A program made the position numbers and the translations under genes. Positions 36,948-46,918 of a stretch of DNA of 50,000 nt are shown here, in pieces. The DNA comes from Bacteroidia bacterium (GTDB taxonomy: Bacteria > Bacteroidota > Bacteroidia > NS11-12g > UBA9320), in the NCBI GenBank assembly GCA_044339595.1, contig JBIIVF010000003.1:1-50000 (forward strand). The letters are read 5' to 3'. How positions within the stretch are numbered: the first letter of the stretch is position 1; every line of letters starts with the position of its first letter. Under the pieces are notes generated by a model. The model saw nothing but the letters and a program-made list of their open reading frames with translations. It searched no databases and was not told the DNA's origin.

Positions 36948-39218
36948 TTAATCTCTGCTGCGATGTCTATCGCCGCCACGGTCTCTGTCACCACCGCGAC
37001 TGTCTCTTCTGTCACCACCACGACTATCCCTTCTATCACCGCCTCTGCTATCTCTTCTGTCGCCGCCGCTTCTTTCGCGTCTTTCAGGTTCTACATAGCC
37101 TTCTGGTTTTTCGAGCAATGGCTTGCGTGATAAGCGGTATTTGCCGGTTTTCTTGTCAACCTCAAGCAATACAACTTGCAATTCATCTCCTTCCTGGAAT
37201 AGGCCTTCCATTGAATCGATGCGTTTGTAGTCAATTTCACTGATGTGCAATAGACCTTGTTTTCCGGGGAGGAATTCTACAAAGGCACCAAAATCCTGGA
37301 TACCTTTTACTACACCATCGTAAGTTTTTCCTTCTTCCGCTTCAGCGCATAATCCATCCACATAAGCTTTGGCCGCTGCCATGTCTTCCAAATTGGCAGA
37401 CATGATTTCAACCCATCCTTTGCCATCTACTTCTTCAATAGAAATGGTGGTATTGGTTTTGGCCTGAAGTTCTTGAATCACTTTTCCACCGGTACCGATT
37501 ACTGCCCCAATTTTGTCTTTTTCTATGGCAAATTTGATGATTCTTGGGGTATGAGGTTTATAGTCTTCGCGAGGATTTGCAAGGGTTTTCTCCATTTCAC
37601 CCAAAATATGCAATCTTCCGTTTTTTGCTTGTTCTAAAGCTTGTGAAAGCACTTCATACGATAATCCATTCACTTTAATATCCATCTGACAAGCGAGAAT
37701 TCCGTTGTGATTCCCGATTACTTTGAAATCCATATCTCCCAAATGATCTTCATCACCGAGGATATCTGACAGAATTGCGTATTTCCCGGTAGTTTCATCA
37801 GAAATCATTCCCATGGCAATACCTGAAACGCCGCTTTTCATTTGAATACCGGCATCCATCAAGGCCAATGAACCGGCACAAACGGTAGCCATACTTGAAG
37901 ATCCATTCGATTCAAGAATGTCTGAAACGATTCTGATGGTGTAAGACACATCATCAGGAAGCATTTTTTCAAGTCCGCGTTTGGCAAGGTTTCCGTGTCC
38001 AATTTCTCTTCTTCCTACCCCTCTATTCGGTCTTGCTTCACCCGTACTGAAAGCCGGGAAGTTGTAATGTAACAAAAATTTGCTGTGTCCGAATAGATTT
38101 GGACTGTCAAGCAATTGCTGATCTAATTTAGATCCAAGGGTTACGCTGGTAATTGATTGCGTTTCTCCGCGGGTAAATACGGCAGAACCGTGGGCTGATG
38201 GTAAATAATCTACCTCAGACCAAATCGGCCTGACTTCGTCAAGTGCGCGGCCATCCAAACGGGTTCTCGTTTCAAGAACCATATTGCGTACGGCAGTTTT
38301 TTTAGCGCTCTTGTAATATTTTTTGATCAATCCGGCCTTTTCAGATTCGAGTTCCGGGCCGAAAGACTCTACATAATCTTTCAATACTTTATCGAATGCT
38401 TCTGAGCGTTCGTTTTTAGCCGTGGTACCCACAGCGATATCATACAACTTCTGATATAAGTCGCTATGAACCTGTTTCTTTAGTTCTTCGTCATTGATTT
38501 CATGACTATAGGCTCTCGGTGCTTTTCTGCCTCCGGCCAATTCAGCTAAATCAAGCTGTGCCTGACAAATTGTTTTGATATGTTGATGTGCAAATTTCAA
38601 GGCTTCTACCATATCACTTTCTGATACTTCAGACATTTCACCTTCCACCATGTTCAAGTCATGGGCCGTACCACCTACGATAATATCGAGGTCAGAATTT
38701 TTCATTTCTTCTCTCGTCGGGTTGATCACAAACTGACCGTTGATGCGACCAACGCGCAATTCTGTTAAAGGTCCGTCAAAAGGAATATCTGAAAGAACCA
38801 CTGCAGCCGAAGCGGCCAATCCGGCCAAAGCATCCGGCAAAATATTGTCATCAGAACTCATCAAGGTGACAAGTACCTGAATCTCTGCATGATAATCTTC
38901 TGGGAAAAGTGGACGTAACGCGCGATCAATCAATCTTGAAATCAAGATTTCGTAATCAGAAGGACGTGCTTCTCTGCGCATAAAACTACCCGGGATTCTA
39001 CCCACTGCAGCAAATTTTTCTTGATAATCCACTGACAATGGAAGGAAATCGATGCCTTCACGGGCTTCCATATTGGAAACAACGGTGGCGAGCATCATGG
39101 TTTTTCCGATGGTTAGAACTACAGATCCGTGTGCTTGTTTGGCTAGTACGCCGGTTTCGAGAGTAATTACTTTGCCGTCTCCGAGGTCGATGGTTTTTCT
39201 AATAGGTTGAGGTTTCAT
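36948..39218 (-). CDS. pnp: Polyribonucleotide nucleotidyltransferase (PNPase)
   Basis: RLIDRALRPLF, FTRGETQ, RREIGHG, ESNGSSSMA and DHLGDMDFKV motifs, KH and S1 domains, and a C-terminal GGDRRDSR repeat tail. Confidence 0.97.
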   Translation of the reverse strand: MKPQPIRKTIDLGDGKVITLETGVLAKQAHGSVVLTIGKTMMLATVVSNMEAREGIDFLPLSVDYQEKFAAVGRIPGSFMRREARPSDYEILISRLIDRALRPLFPEDYHAEIQVLVTLMSSDDNILPDALAGLAASAAVVLSDIPFDGPLTELRVGRINGQFVINPTREEMKNSDLDIIVGGTAHDLNMVEGEMSEVSESDMVEALKFAHQHIKTICQAQLDLAELAGGRKAPRAYSHEINDEELKKQVHSDLYQKLYDIAVGTTAKNERSEAFDKVLKDYVESFGPELESEKAGLIKKYYKSAKKTAVRNMVLETRTRLDGRALDEVRPIWSEVDYLPSAHGSAVFTRGETQSITSVTLGSKLDQQLLDSPNLFGHSKFLLHYNFPAFSTGEARPNRGVGRREIGHGNLAKRGLEKMLPDDVSYTIRIVSDILESNGSSSMATVCAGSLALMDAGIQMKSGVSGIAMGMISDETTGKYAILSDILGDEDHLGDMDFKVIGNHNGILACQMDIKVNGLSYEVLSQALEQAKNGRLHILGEMEKTLANPREDYKPHTPRIIKFAIEKDKIGAVIGTGGKVIQELQAKTNTTISIEEVDGKGWVEIMSANLEDMAAAKAYVDGLCAEAEEGKTYDGVVKGIQDFGAFVEFLPGKQGLLHISEIDYKRIDSMEGLFQEGDELQVVLLEVDKKTGKYRLSRKPLLEKPEGYVEPERRERSGGDRRDSRGGDRRDSRGGDRRDSRGGDRDRGGDRHRSRD

Positions 39219-39288
39219 TTTTTTATTTTATTTGTTTCTTGTAACGGCTGGTCGGGACTTTACAAAGAATGATATGAATGTAATATAA

Positions 39289-39326
39289 CACAAAAAGCCT
39301 TTAACAAATAGTAAAGGCTTTTTGTG
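39289..39326 (-). terminator. Hairpin between rpsO and pnp (rpsO terminator)
   Basis: Perfect 15-bp inverted repeat CACAAAAAGCCTTTA/TAAAGGCTTTTTGTG. Confidence 0.8.
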
Positions 39327-39343
39327 CAATGCTGTGCATGTAA

Positions 39344-39613
39344 TTATTTTCTGATGCCGAGTTTGGCAATGACGTTTCTGTAACGGAAAATGTCTTTTTT
39401 GGCGATGTAATTCAACAATGCACGACGCTTTCCTACCAACTTAATCAGGTTAAGTTCTGCAGAGTGGTCTTTTTTGTTTTCTCTCAAATGCTCGGTAAGA
39501 TGAGCGATTCTGTGAGTGAACATAGCTATCTGAGCTTCAGAAGAACCAGTGTTTTTTTCGTTGCCACCATGTTCTATGAATATTTGATTCTTTAATTCAG
39601 AGGATAAACGCAT
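39344..39613 (-). CDS. rpsO: 30S ribosomal protein S15
   Basis: TGSSEAQIA, HL..NKKDH, LVGKRR.LL.Y and LGIRK motifs. Upstream of pnp. TATTTTTG at 39649-39656. Confidence 0.97.
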   Translation of the reverse strand: MRLSSELKNQIFIEHGGNEKNTGSSEAQIAMFTHRIAHLTEHLRENKKDHSAELNLIKLVGKRRALLNYIAKKDIFRYRNVIAKLGIRK

Positions 39614-39739
39614 TTGAGTATTCTTATCTTTAGATTTAATTCAGGGTGCAAAAATAGCTTTTAGTTGTATTATGTACAAGTGGGGTGGTATTTTTTTTAC
39701 AACTTTCTGCAATGAAAGTCCCCTCTTGATAGGGGAGGA

Positions 39740-41839
39740 TCAATAACTACCCAGCCATTTTCTGACTCCCCATTCAACGGAAAGTAGCAGAACCATCAAA
39801 AAGAACAACCATTTTTGATGGATCAAGTCTTTAAAGGTCTGTTCTGTATAAATTACCGGTTTGGCCGAGGGCAGGGTCTTTAAAGCTTCTATCATGGCAT
39901 CGGTATCATCCGGTTTTAATACTTTTCCTCCTGTACTCGCGGCCATTTGTCTGAGCAAATTGTGATTGGCAACCGATTCAGTATATTCAAGTTGTAAAGG
40001 TTTCACTACCACATTGCCGGAAATGGTTTCTGATTTTCCGCTGATAAGTGTTTTTCCTAAATAGCGATACTTCCCGGGAGGCATGATGCCTGCATTTAAC
40101 CGATAGCCATCTCCTTGTGAAGAAAAGGTATAGGGATACACTTTGCCTGACTCGCTTTTTAACTCAAGACTCACTTCTTCACGGGTGGTCGCCTCATAAT
40201 TGTCATTGTACACTTCTGCCTGAAATGCCATCGGTTCATTTTCATTGAAGGATGGTTGCACCGGACTTAGCCTGAACTTTCGTTTATCGGTTTTGATGGC
40301 TAAATATTGAACGGTTTTTGCCATCAACTCTTTGCAGGCATTGTGATTGCTGATTTTTTCAAAATTACTTAGCCACCATTTCCAGAATCCTTCACCGGCA
40401 ATAAAACCACTGCGATACCCTTCATCGTCTTGCAAATACCACATCGCCTCTTTGCTGTTTACAACACCGATTTTTTGTGTAAACAAAGCCCGTTCAGGTT
40501 GAGGTATTTCATATTTGCCGAACGGACAAGAAAGCGGTGGGAACTGACTCACGGCCGTTCTGCTTTCTTCGCTCAATTCAAATAGACTAAATGAATTGTT
40601 TGCAGCAGCAGTGCTTTGATTAAAGCTGCCATTGTTTCCGCGAATGGCAGTGGTTCCAAACATTCCGTTAAAGAATGAAATATTGCTTTGTTTGCCCAAC
40701 ACATATAAAACCGGCGTTTTTTGAGCTTTTAAGGTTTCTGCAAACGTCTTGTGGGCGGCAGTAGAAAACCATTGGTGTAAAATCACCAAATCATATTTTT
40801 TACATTCGGCCGCAGAAGGAATTTCTCCTGTTTTTAAGATGAGTTCATAGTTCTCATTATCGGCCAATGATTGTTTAAAGGCGGATAGATCCGGATGCGG
40901 TGCCGGTGCCAAACAAAGGATTTTTTGTCTTCCATCAATCACTTCTATGAATAAATCCTTTTGATTGTTGGTATAAGTCTTTTCACCTGCCAACCGACTG
41001 ATGCGCACTTGATAACCTTGGGTACCTTTTTCTGATGCTTTAAACATGAAATTGAAAGTTTCACTAAATGGATTTCCCTCTATGCGTCCGGATTGTTCTT
41101 CCAACATTGCACCGTCTTTATAAATTTGAATCTTAAAGGCAGTGGATGGGCATTTTCTAGCGGTTACATCCACTACAACCGGAAAACTATTGCCCAAATA
41201 AGCAATGGTGTTAGTTCGGATGGTTGCAATCACGAAATCACTACGAACTGCAGTATCTCCATAAGCCAAAGAAAAGAAAGGTGCTTTCATTTCCCGGGCG
41301 GTATAATATGGGTTGCTTCCTTTATTGAAAATCCCGTCTGTTGCCATCACAATGGCTCCGAGGGGTCTTCCATCATATGCATTTCTAACTGTGTTTAAAA
41401 GTGCAGAAATATCGGTTTCTTTTTCTTTGAAGGTGGGATTTTCCGATGCATTTGCAGTGCTGCCGAAGGTGTAGGATACGACTTCAAACTGATCGGAAAG
41501 TTCGTTTTCTATATTACGATAAGAAGCGGTCAGCGTTTCTTTAATTTGCTGCGAATCTTTGGTCGAAACCATGCTCTCGCTGTTGTCGATGGCCAGCACC
41601 AGAAGCGGTTTTTCTGTTTCATTGCGGGTGTATAGTAACAGCGGTTCCAGCAGCATCAAGGCAATAAAGAATACCGCCAAGAACCGAAATCCGGCCAACA
41701 GATATTTTAACCAATGCTGTCCTTTTTCAGGATCAATGATTTGATTTCTGAAATAAAGTACCCCTGCATACACCAAAGCAAGGCCGATGCATAGCAGAAT
41801 GTACCACGTAGGATAGGAAGTAATGAAATTAGCCGACAT
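39740..41839 (-). CDS. Membrane-anchored vWA-domain protein
   Basis: N-terminal TMs with LRF...LLEP, MIDAS-like DNSESM, TD, TDG..N.G and C-terminal EW..RK. Start at ATG 41839, 6 nt after TACCTTTG. Confidence 0.85.
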   Translation of the reverse strand: MSANFITSYPTWYILLCIGLALVYAGVLYFRNQIIDPEKGQHWLKYLLAGFRFLAVFFIALMLLEPLLLYTRNETEKPLLVLAIDNSESMVSTKDSQQIKETLTASYRNIENELSDQFEVVSYTFGSTANASENPTFKEKETDISALLNTVRNAYDGRPLGAIVMATDGIFNKGSNPYYTAREMKAPFFSLAYGDTAVRSDFVIATIRTNTIAYLGNSFPVVVDVTARKCPSTAFKIQIYKDGAMLEEQSGRIEGNPFSETFNFMFKASEKGTQGYQVRISRLAGEKTYTNNQKDLFIEVIDGRQKILCLAPAPHPDLSAFKQSLADNENYELILKTGEIPSAAECKKYDLVILHQWFSTAAHKTFAETLKAQKTPVLYVLGKQSNISFFNGMFGTTAIRGNNGSFNQSTAAANNSFSLFELSEESRTAVSQFPPLSCPFGKYEIPQPERALFTQKIGVVNSKEAMWYLQDDEGYRSGFIAGEGFWKWWLSNFEKISNHNACKELMAKTVQYLAIKTDKRKFRLSPVQPSFNENEPMAFQAEVYNDNYEATTREEVSLELKSESGKVYPYTFSSQGDGYRLNAGIMPPGKYRYLGKTLISGKSETISGNVVVKPLQLEYTESVANHNLLRQMAASTGGKVLKPDDTDAMIEALKTLPSAKPVIYTEQTFKDLIHQKWLFFLMVLLLSVEWGVRKWLGSY

Positions 41840-41977
41840 GAACTGCAAAGGTAGCAGCTAAAGTTTAGGTTATGAATGCAGTTAAGTCAGAAAGGTGAAA
41901 TTTTTGTACCAAATGATGGGTTATTGAGATGAAATAGAATCTTGAGCCCTAGGTATTATGGCTCATGAATTTTGCCA

Positions 41978-42361
41978 TCATTCTTCCTCAAAAAACTCAA
42001 TCAGCGAAGCAAAGTAGCTATTATCCCAACCCTCTGCAAAATCGTTATAATCCTCATCCGGAATATTGGTATGTCTTAATTCTACGGATGTATGATTTTT
42101 TTCGGGATGAAGTATAATGGTGACAATGGACGGTTCTTCCTGGGTGTCGAAATACCATTGCTGAACGATTTTTTTATCGGGTTCGAATTCGAGGTTCTTG
42201 CCTACGATACTTCCCTCCCACATAGAGAATTCGGATCCGGGTTCTTTGCTCATTTCTGCTTCTTCCCCCGTCCAGAGTTGTATGGTGGGTGCAAAGGTAA
42301 GGGCAGCAAAGATCTCTCCAGGACGAGCATTCACCTTATAGTACTTTTTAAAATCTTTCAT
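41978..42361 (-). CDS. SRPBCC/Aha1-like domain protein
   Basis: WTG, GSEFSMWEG, KKIVQQW, LRHTNIP and GW..YF. Start at ATG 42361. Confidence 0.85.
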   Translation of the reverse strand: MKDFKKYYKVNARPGEIFAALTFAPTIQLWTGEEAEMSKEPGSEFSMWEGSIVGKNLEFEPDKKIVQQWYFDTQEEPSIVTIILHPEKNHTSVELRHTNIPDEDYNDFAEGWDNSYFASLIEFFEEE

Positions 42362-42517
42362 GATTAAAATTCTCAGAAAACAAAGTTGCACTATTTCTTG
42401 TATAGTTGAATAGGGTTCATCCAAAAAGAGAACGGCATCATATTTTAATTCGTCATTTCAATTTGATTTGCACCTTCATTTTAATAAAACCTAATTTTGC
42501 CCACTGATTTGCATAAC

Positions 42518-43519
42518 GTGATAGAAACAGATATTATCATTATAGGTGCCGGACCGACCGGCTTATTCGCCGTTTTTGAAGCCGGACTTTTGAAGCTCAG
42601 ATGCCATTTGATTGATTCATTGGCTCAACCCGGCGGTCAATTGTCAGAAATATATCCCAAGAAACCCATTTACGATATACCGGGTTATCCTGCTATTCTT
42701 GCGGGTGAATTGATCGATAATCTCATGGCCCAAATTGCCCCTTTTAAGCCGGGGTTTACTTTGGGAGAAAGAGCAGAATCGATTACGAAAGATGCGGATG
42801 GAAAGTTTATTCTTACCACCAACAGAGGCACGGTACATAAAGCCCCAATTATTGCTATTGCCGGTGGTTTGGGTTGTTTCGAACCCCGAAAGCCCGAAAT
42901 TCCCACCCTCGAAGCATTCGAAGACACAGGAGTAGATTATATTATCCGAGATCCTGAGAAATATCGAAATAAAAAGGTGGTGATAGCCGGTGGAGGCGAC
43001 AGCGCTTTAGACTGGACTAATTTTTTGGCCGATGTTGCTTCAGAAGTTATATTGGTGCATCGAAGAACCCAGTTTAGAGGGGCATTGGATTCGGTAGAAA
43101 AAGTGATGCACCTGGCAGAAAGTGGTAAAATTAAATTGTTAACCAATGCTGAAGTTACTGAACTTCATGGAACTGATCATCTGTCAGAAGTAGTCATTCA
43201 AGTGAACGAAGTTCCGCAGCGTGAAACGGCCGATTATTACATTCCTCTATTTGGATTATCTCCTAAGTTAGGCCCGATGAGAGAATGGGGTCTGAATATC
43301 AACAAAGAGTCCATTGCGGTGGATACCTTTGATTACAGTACCAATATTCCCGGTATTTATGCCATTGGCGATATCAATGATTATCCGGGTAAATTGCGAC
43401 TGATTTTATGTGGTTTTCATGAAGCAACTTTGATGGTTCAAAGTGCCTATAAGCGCATTAATCCGGATAAAAATCTGGTTTTGAAATATACCACCGTGAG
43501 TGGCGTAAATGGATTCTAA
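42518..43519 (+). CDS. Ferredoxin--NADP+ reductase (thioredoxin-reductase-like, YumC type)
   Basis: IIGAGPTG, GGQL..IYPKK.IYD, GGGDSALDW and AIGD motifs, with no CxxC. GTG start at 42518 after TAATTTTG 42492. Confidence 0.9.
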   Translation: MIETDIIIIGAGPTGLFAVFEAGLLKLRCHLIDSLAQPGGQLSEIYPKKPIYDIPGYPAILAGELIDNLMAQIAPFKPGFTLGERAESITKDADGKFILTTNRGTVHKAPIIAIAGGLGCFEPRKPEIPTLEAFEDTGVDYIIRDPEKYRNKKVVIAGGGDSALDWTNFLADVASEVILVHRRTQFRGALDSVEKVMHLAESGKIKLLTNAEVTELHGTDHLSEVVIQVNEVPQRETADYYIPLFGLSPKLGPMREWGLNINKESIAVDTFDYSTNIPGIYAIGDINDYPGKLRLILCGFHEATLMVQSAYKRINPDKNLVLKYTTVSGVNGF

Positions 43520-43871
43520 TACTATGGCTACAGACAATGCAATGATTACGATTTATGTGACGGATTTATTGGGCGATACGCATGAAATTATGGCCCCTAC
43601 CGACATGAATCTCAATCTGATGGAAGCCATTCGAATGAATGAACTGCCCATCAAAGCCATGTGCGGCGGCATGGCGATTTGCGCAACATGCAATGTGATT
43701 GTTTTGAGTGATCATCCGGTGCATGAAATGAATGAAAATGAAGAGGCCATGCTCGATGAAGCTTTTGTTCTGGATATCCCCAACAGCCGTTTGAGTTGTC
43801 AGATTCCTATTCGTTCTGAATTGGACGGTTTAAGAGTTCAATTGGGTAAACTTACTAGGACGGATGAGTAG
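43509..43871 (+). CDS. 2Fe-2S ferredoxin (adrenodoxin-like)
   Basis: CGGMAICATC and RLSCQ motifs. Start could be 43524 or 43542. Confidence 0.9.
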   Translation: MDSNTMATDNAMITIYVTDLLGDTHEIMAPTDMNLNLMEAIRMNELPIKAMCGGMAICATCNVIVLSDHPVHEMNENEEAMLDEAFVLDIPNSRLSCQIPIRSELDGLRVQLGKLTRTDE

Positions 43872-43955
43872 GTAAAAGGGATTAGGGATTCGGTAAAAGG
43901 GGTTAGGTACTAGGGATTAGGTACTAGGTGTGAGGAACTAGGTAAAAAGTATTAG
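43869..43955 (+). repeat. Degenerate heptamer tandem repeat (12 units)
   Basis: TAGGTAA AAGGGAT TAGGGAT TCGGTAA AAGGGGT TAGGTAC TAGGGAT TAGGTAC TAGGTGT GAGGAAC TAGGTAA AAAGTAT. Confidence 0.8.
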
Positions 43956-44158
43956 CGAAGAAAGAGCGAATCGAGAATGGGCAATCTGGGGTCACAGTTT
44001 GCTTCTAAGGATTCAAGTTAAAATTGAGGGACTTTTTGCCATTATTTCAAAATCCTTCCTGTTGTCCCTATTGTCCTCAGAGTCCCTCTACGTTTAGTTA
44101 ACTATCAAATTTGCCCAAAGAATACTATCGAAAAGTTTGATTTCTTTGGCATGCTCCG

Positions 44159-44860
44159 CTATAGGATCTCTTTCAACTCAATCAAATCCACAATCTCATG
44201 GTTCAAGGTTTCGCTGTGTTCGGTTTTGAGTGGATTGTAAAAAACAGGATGCAGACCTGCATTCCGACTTCCCAAAACATCTGCTTCCAAATTATCTCCT
44301 ATAAATACGGAGGCATGATTCTTCGCCCTTGCATCGCGCAGCCCCACTTCAAAAATAAATGGATTGGGTTTATGGGCTTTTACTTCTTCAGAAAAAATGA
44401 TGACATCGAAAAAGCGATCGATGCCACTCTTTTTTAACTTTATGAGTTGCGTTTCCTTAAATCCGTTGGTGATGATGTGCAAAGGATATTTCTCGTGCAG
44501 ATATTCAAGAGTCTGGAGGGCATTGGGCATCAGAGCGCCCTTGGTAGGACAAATACTCAAATATAAATCAGGGATTTGACCGGGCATTTCATTTTCAGGG
44601 ATACCCAATTGCTCGAAGGTTTTGGAAAATCGTTCATATCTCAACCTGCTTTTGCTGACTTGATGATTGCGATACATTTCCCAGTAATGATGATTGATTT
44701 TAACATAGGTACTGATGAACTCTTCAGCATCCGGCATGCCCAATTGATCAAGCTTGAAGTGATGGTATAACTCGAGCAGGGTTTGCCTTGAATTGGTCTC
44801 AAAATCCCATAATGTGTGATCGAGATCGAAGAATACGTGACTAACTTCTATTTTTTTCAA
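44159..44860 (-). CDS. YjjG-family non-canonical pyrimidine nucleotidase (HAD)
   Basis: FFDLDHTLWDF, ITNG, KP.P.IF and IGDNLEADV motifs. Confidence 0.9.
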   Translation of the reverse strand: MKKIEVSHVFFDLDHTLWDFETNSRQTLLELYHHFKLDQLGMPDAEEFISTYVKINHHYWEMYRNHQVSKSRLRYERFSKTFEQLGIPENEMPGQIPDLYLSICPTKGALMPNALQTLEYLHEKYPLHIITNGFKETQLIKLKKSGIDRFFDVIIFSEEVKAHKPNPFIFEVGLRDARAKNHASVFIGDNLEADVLGSRNAGLHPVFYNPLKTEHSETLNHEIVDLIELKEIL

Positions 44861-45504
44861 TGTTGCATTTTCTCTCCAAAACTCAAATCACCGGCATCTC
44901 CCAGACCCGGCACAATGTATCCTTCTTCATTTAATGAATCGTCGATCGTACCAATCCATAATTTAGCATGAGGGAGTGCATTTCTTACATAATCTACCCC
45001 GGATTTACTGCCGATAACTGAAACGATGTGTACTTCGGAAGGAATGCCGTGCGTTAAAAATTTCTCATAAGTCATCACCAATGATTGTCCGGTAGCCAGC
45101 ATGGTGTCTGTCAAAATAAGCACCTTCCCATACAGATCAGGACAAGCCAGATATTCAACAATGATCTCAAATTCAGTCGGGCTGGTATGATGCCTGTAGG
45201 CAGAAATATAGGCGAGGTCGGCCTGGTCAAAAAAACGATTGATACCATCCTGAAGGGGCAATCCTGCCCTCAAAACTGTAGCAATCACCGGTTGAGAAGC
45301 CAATACCCTGCATTCAGCAACGCCCATCAAAGTGCGCGTAGACCGATTTACGTATTTCAGATGTTTACTGATTTCGTAAGCCATGATCTCTCCGATTTTA
45401 CGGATGTTATTTCTGAATTTAAATCTATCTTTTTGAATAGAAATATCCCTTAATTCGTGGAGGAATTGGTTGACCAATGAATCGTTTTCAGAAAATACAT
45501 GCAT
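44857..45504 (-). CDS. upp: Uracil phosphoribosyltransferase
   Basis: VLRAGL, D.MLATG and YIVPGLGDAGD motifs. Start at ATG 45504. Confidence 0.93.
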   Translation of the reverse strand: MHVFSENDSLVNQFLHELRDISIQKDRFKFRNNIRKIGEIMAYEISKHLKYVNRSTRTLMGVAECRVLASQPVIATVLRAGLPLQDGINRFFDQADLAYISAYRHHTSPTEFEIIVEYLACPDLYGKVLILTDTMLATGQSLVMTYEKFLTHGIPSEVHIVSVIGSKSGVDYVRNALPHAKLWIGTIDDSLNEEGYIVPGLGDAGDLSFGEKMQH

Positions 45505-45583
45505 AGCACTCCTTTTGGTATGAATTGTGTATTGAGAAATCAGATTCGCGAAGATAGCCAATCACTAAATTAAAAAACACAGA

Positions 45584-46012
45584 ATGTTAACCTTTAACCA
45601 TAGATTGTTCCTTCAACCGGTCCTTTTATTGATGATGTTCTTTTCGTTGTCGATGAAACCATCCGGCGATACGGATGGGTCAGCAGAAGGCGACTTGTTC
45701 AGGGAAATTGAAAACGCCATCGGCTTGGGGAATGCAAAACTACTTTCTGCGCATATGAGTTCGAGTGTTGAGCTCGATATACCCGGCAGTGAAGGTGTTT
45801 ACAGCCGTCCACAATCTGAACAGATTCTCAATAAATTCTTCAATAAATATCCACCCACTTCCTTCATTTTGTCGCACAAAGGCAACTCAGCGGCAGGATC
45901 CAAATTCGCAGTGGGTGATTACGTAACCGGAAAAGAACAGACTTTTAGAGTGACCATTTTTCTCAAAAAAACCGGAGAACATTACTTGATTCATGAAATT
46001 GAATTTCAGTAG
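45584..46012 (+). CDS. Exported protein, DUF4783-like
   Basis: Signal peptide, GNAK.LS, YSR.Q.E.IL.KFF.KYPP and HKG.S. Confidence 0.75.
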   Translation: MLTFNHRLFLQPVLLLMMFFSLSMKPSGDTDGSAEGDLFREIENAIGLGNAKLLSAHMSSSVELDIPGSEGVYSRPQSEQILNKFFNKYPPTSFILSHKGNSAAGSKFAVGDYVTGKEQTFRVTIFLKKTGEHYLIHEIEFQ

Positions 46013-46039
46013 TTGAATTCAACCGATTGGGTTTTGAGT

Positions 46040-46047
46040 TAATTTTG
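46040..46047 (+). promoter_or_regulatory. -7 promoter element TAATTTTG, 4 nt before the nadC ATG
   Basis: Exact match to TAnnTTTG. Confidence 0.6.
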
Positions 46048-46051
46048 AACC

Positions 46052-46900
46052 ATGGATTTTAACTCACCTGAAGTAGCCGCTTTTATAATAAAATCATTAC
46101 AGGAAGACATCGGAGATGGTGACCATTCATCCTTGGCTTCGATACCTGAAGATGCGGTCGGTCAGGCAAAACTGCTTTTTAAAGAGGATGGCGTCCTTGC
46201 AGGGATTCAATTGGCGTCGGTTATTCTTAAGCATCTCGACCGCCAGGTAAAAATCGAATTTTTCAAGCGCGATGGCGATAAAATTTACAATGGAGACATC
46301 GGTCTGTTGGCTACCGGCAATACCAGAGCATTACTGGCCGGTGAGCGTTTGTTGCTCAATTGCATGCAACGACTAAGCGGAATTGCCACCATCACCCGAA
46401 AACTTGTAGAAGAAATTGATGGAACCGGTGCGCGCATCCTGGATACCAGAAAAACCACTCCCGGATTGCGGTTTTTAGAAAAATGGGCGGTTACAATGGG
46501 AGGTGGTTTTAATCATCGCCACGGACTGTATGACATGATTATGCTTAAAGACAATCACGTAGACCATGCCGGCGGTATAGAAGCAGCCTTGAATAGAACC
46601 CGTGAATATTTATCGAACAACAATCTTCATCTGAAGGTTGAAATTGAAACCCGCAATTTGGAAGAAGTGGCAAAAGTGCTGGAAGTGGGGGGGGCAGACC
46701 GCATCATGTTTGATAATTTTGAACCGGATGAAATGAGAAAAGCGGTTAAATTGGTGGATGGTAAATTAGAAACAGAAGCCAGTGGAGGGATACATCTGGG
46801 CAATATTCGTGCATATGCAGAAACAGGAGTAGATTTTATTTCAGTGGGTGCCTTAACCCATTCTGTTAAAAGTTTGGATATTAGTTTCAAACAAGTTTGA
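46052..46900 (+). CDS. nadC: Nicotinate-nucleotide pyrophosphorylase (carboxylating)
   Basis: DTRKTTPG, NHR.GL, KDNH, EASGGI and SVGALTHS motifs. Confidence 0.95.
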   Translation: MDFNSPEVAAFIIKSLQEDIGDGDHSSLASIPEDAVGQAKLLFKEDGVLAGIQLASVILKHLDRQVKIEFFKRDGDKIYNGDIGLLATGNTRALLAGERLLLNCMQRLSGIATITRKLVEEIDGTGARILDTRKTTPGLRFLEKWAVTMGGGFNHRHGLYDMIMLKDNHVDHAGGIEAALNRTREYLSNNNLHLKVEIETRNLEEVAKVLEVGGADRIMFDNFEPDEMRKAVKLVDGKLETEASGGIHLGNIRAYAETGVDFISVGALTHSVKSLDISFKQV

Positions 46901-46918
46901 TCCTCATAATCAGGGGAT

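Noticed and set aside
36494-37243. ORFs 36494-36697, 36661-36903, 36713-36910 and the His/Cys-rich 36935-37243
   Set aside because: They are by-products of the GC-rich hairpin and of the antisense reading of the pnp repeat tail.
39719-39736. TCCCCT-N6-AGGGGA hairpin after the vWA gene
   Set aside because: The 6-bp stem has a weak T-tract, too short to call a terminator or REP with confidence.
43869-43955. Possible CRISPR array or telomere-like TTAGGG tract
   Set aside because: There is no repeat-spacer architecture and no cas genes, and the period is 7 rather than 6.
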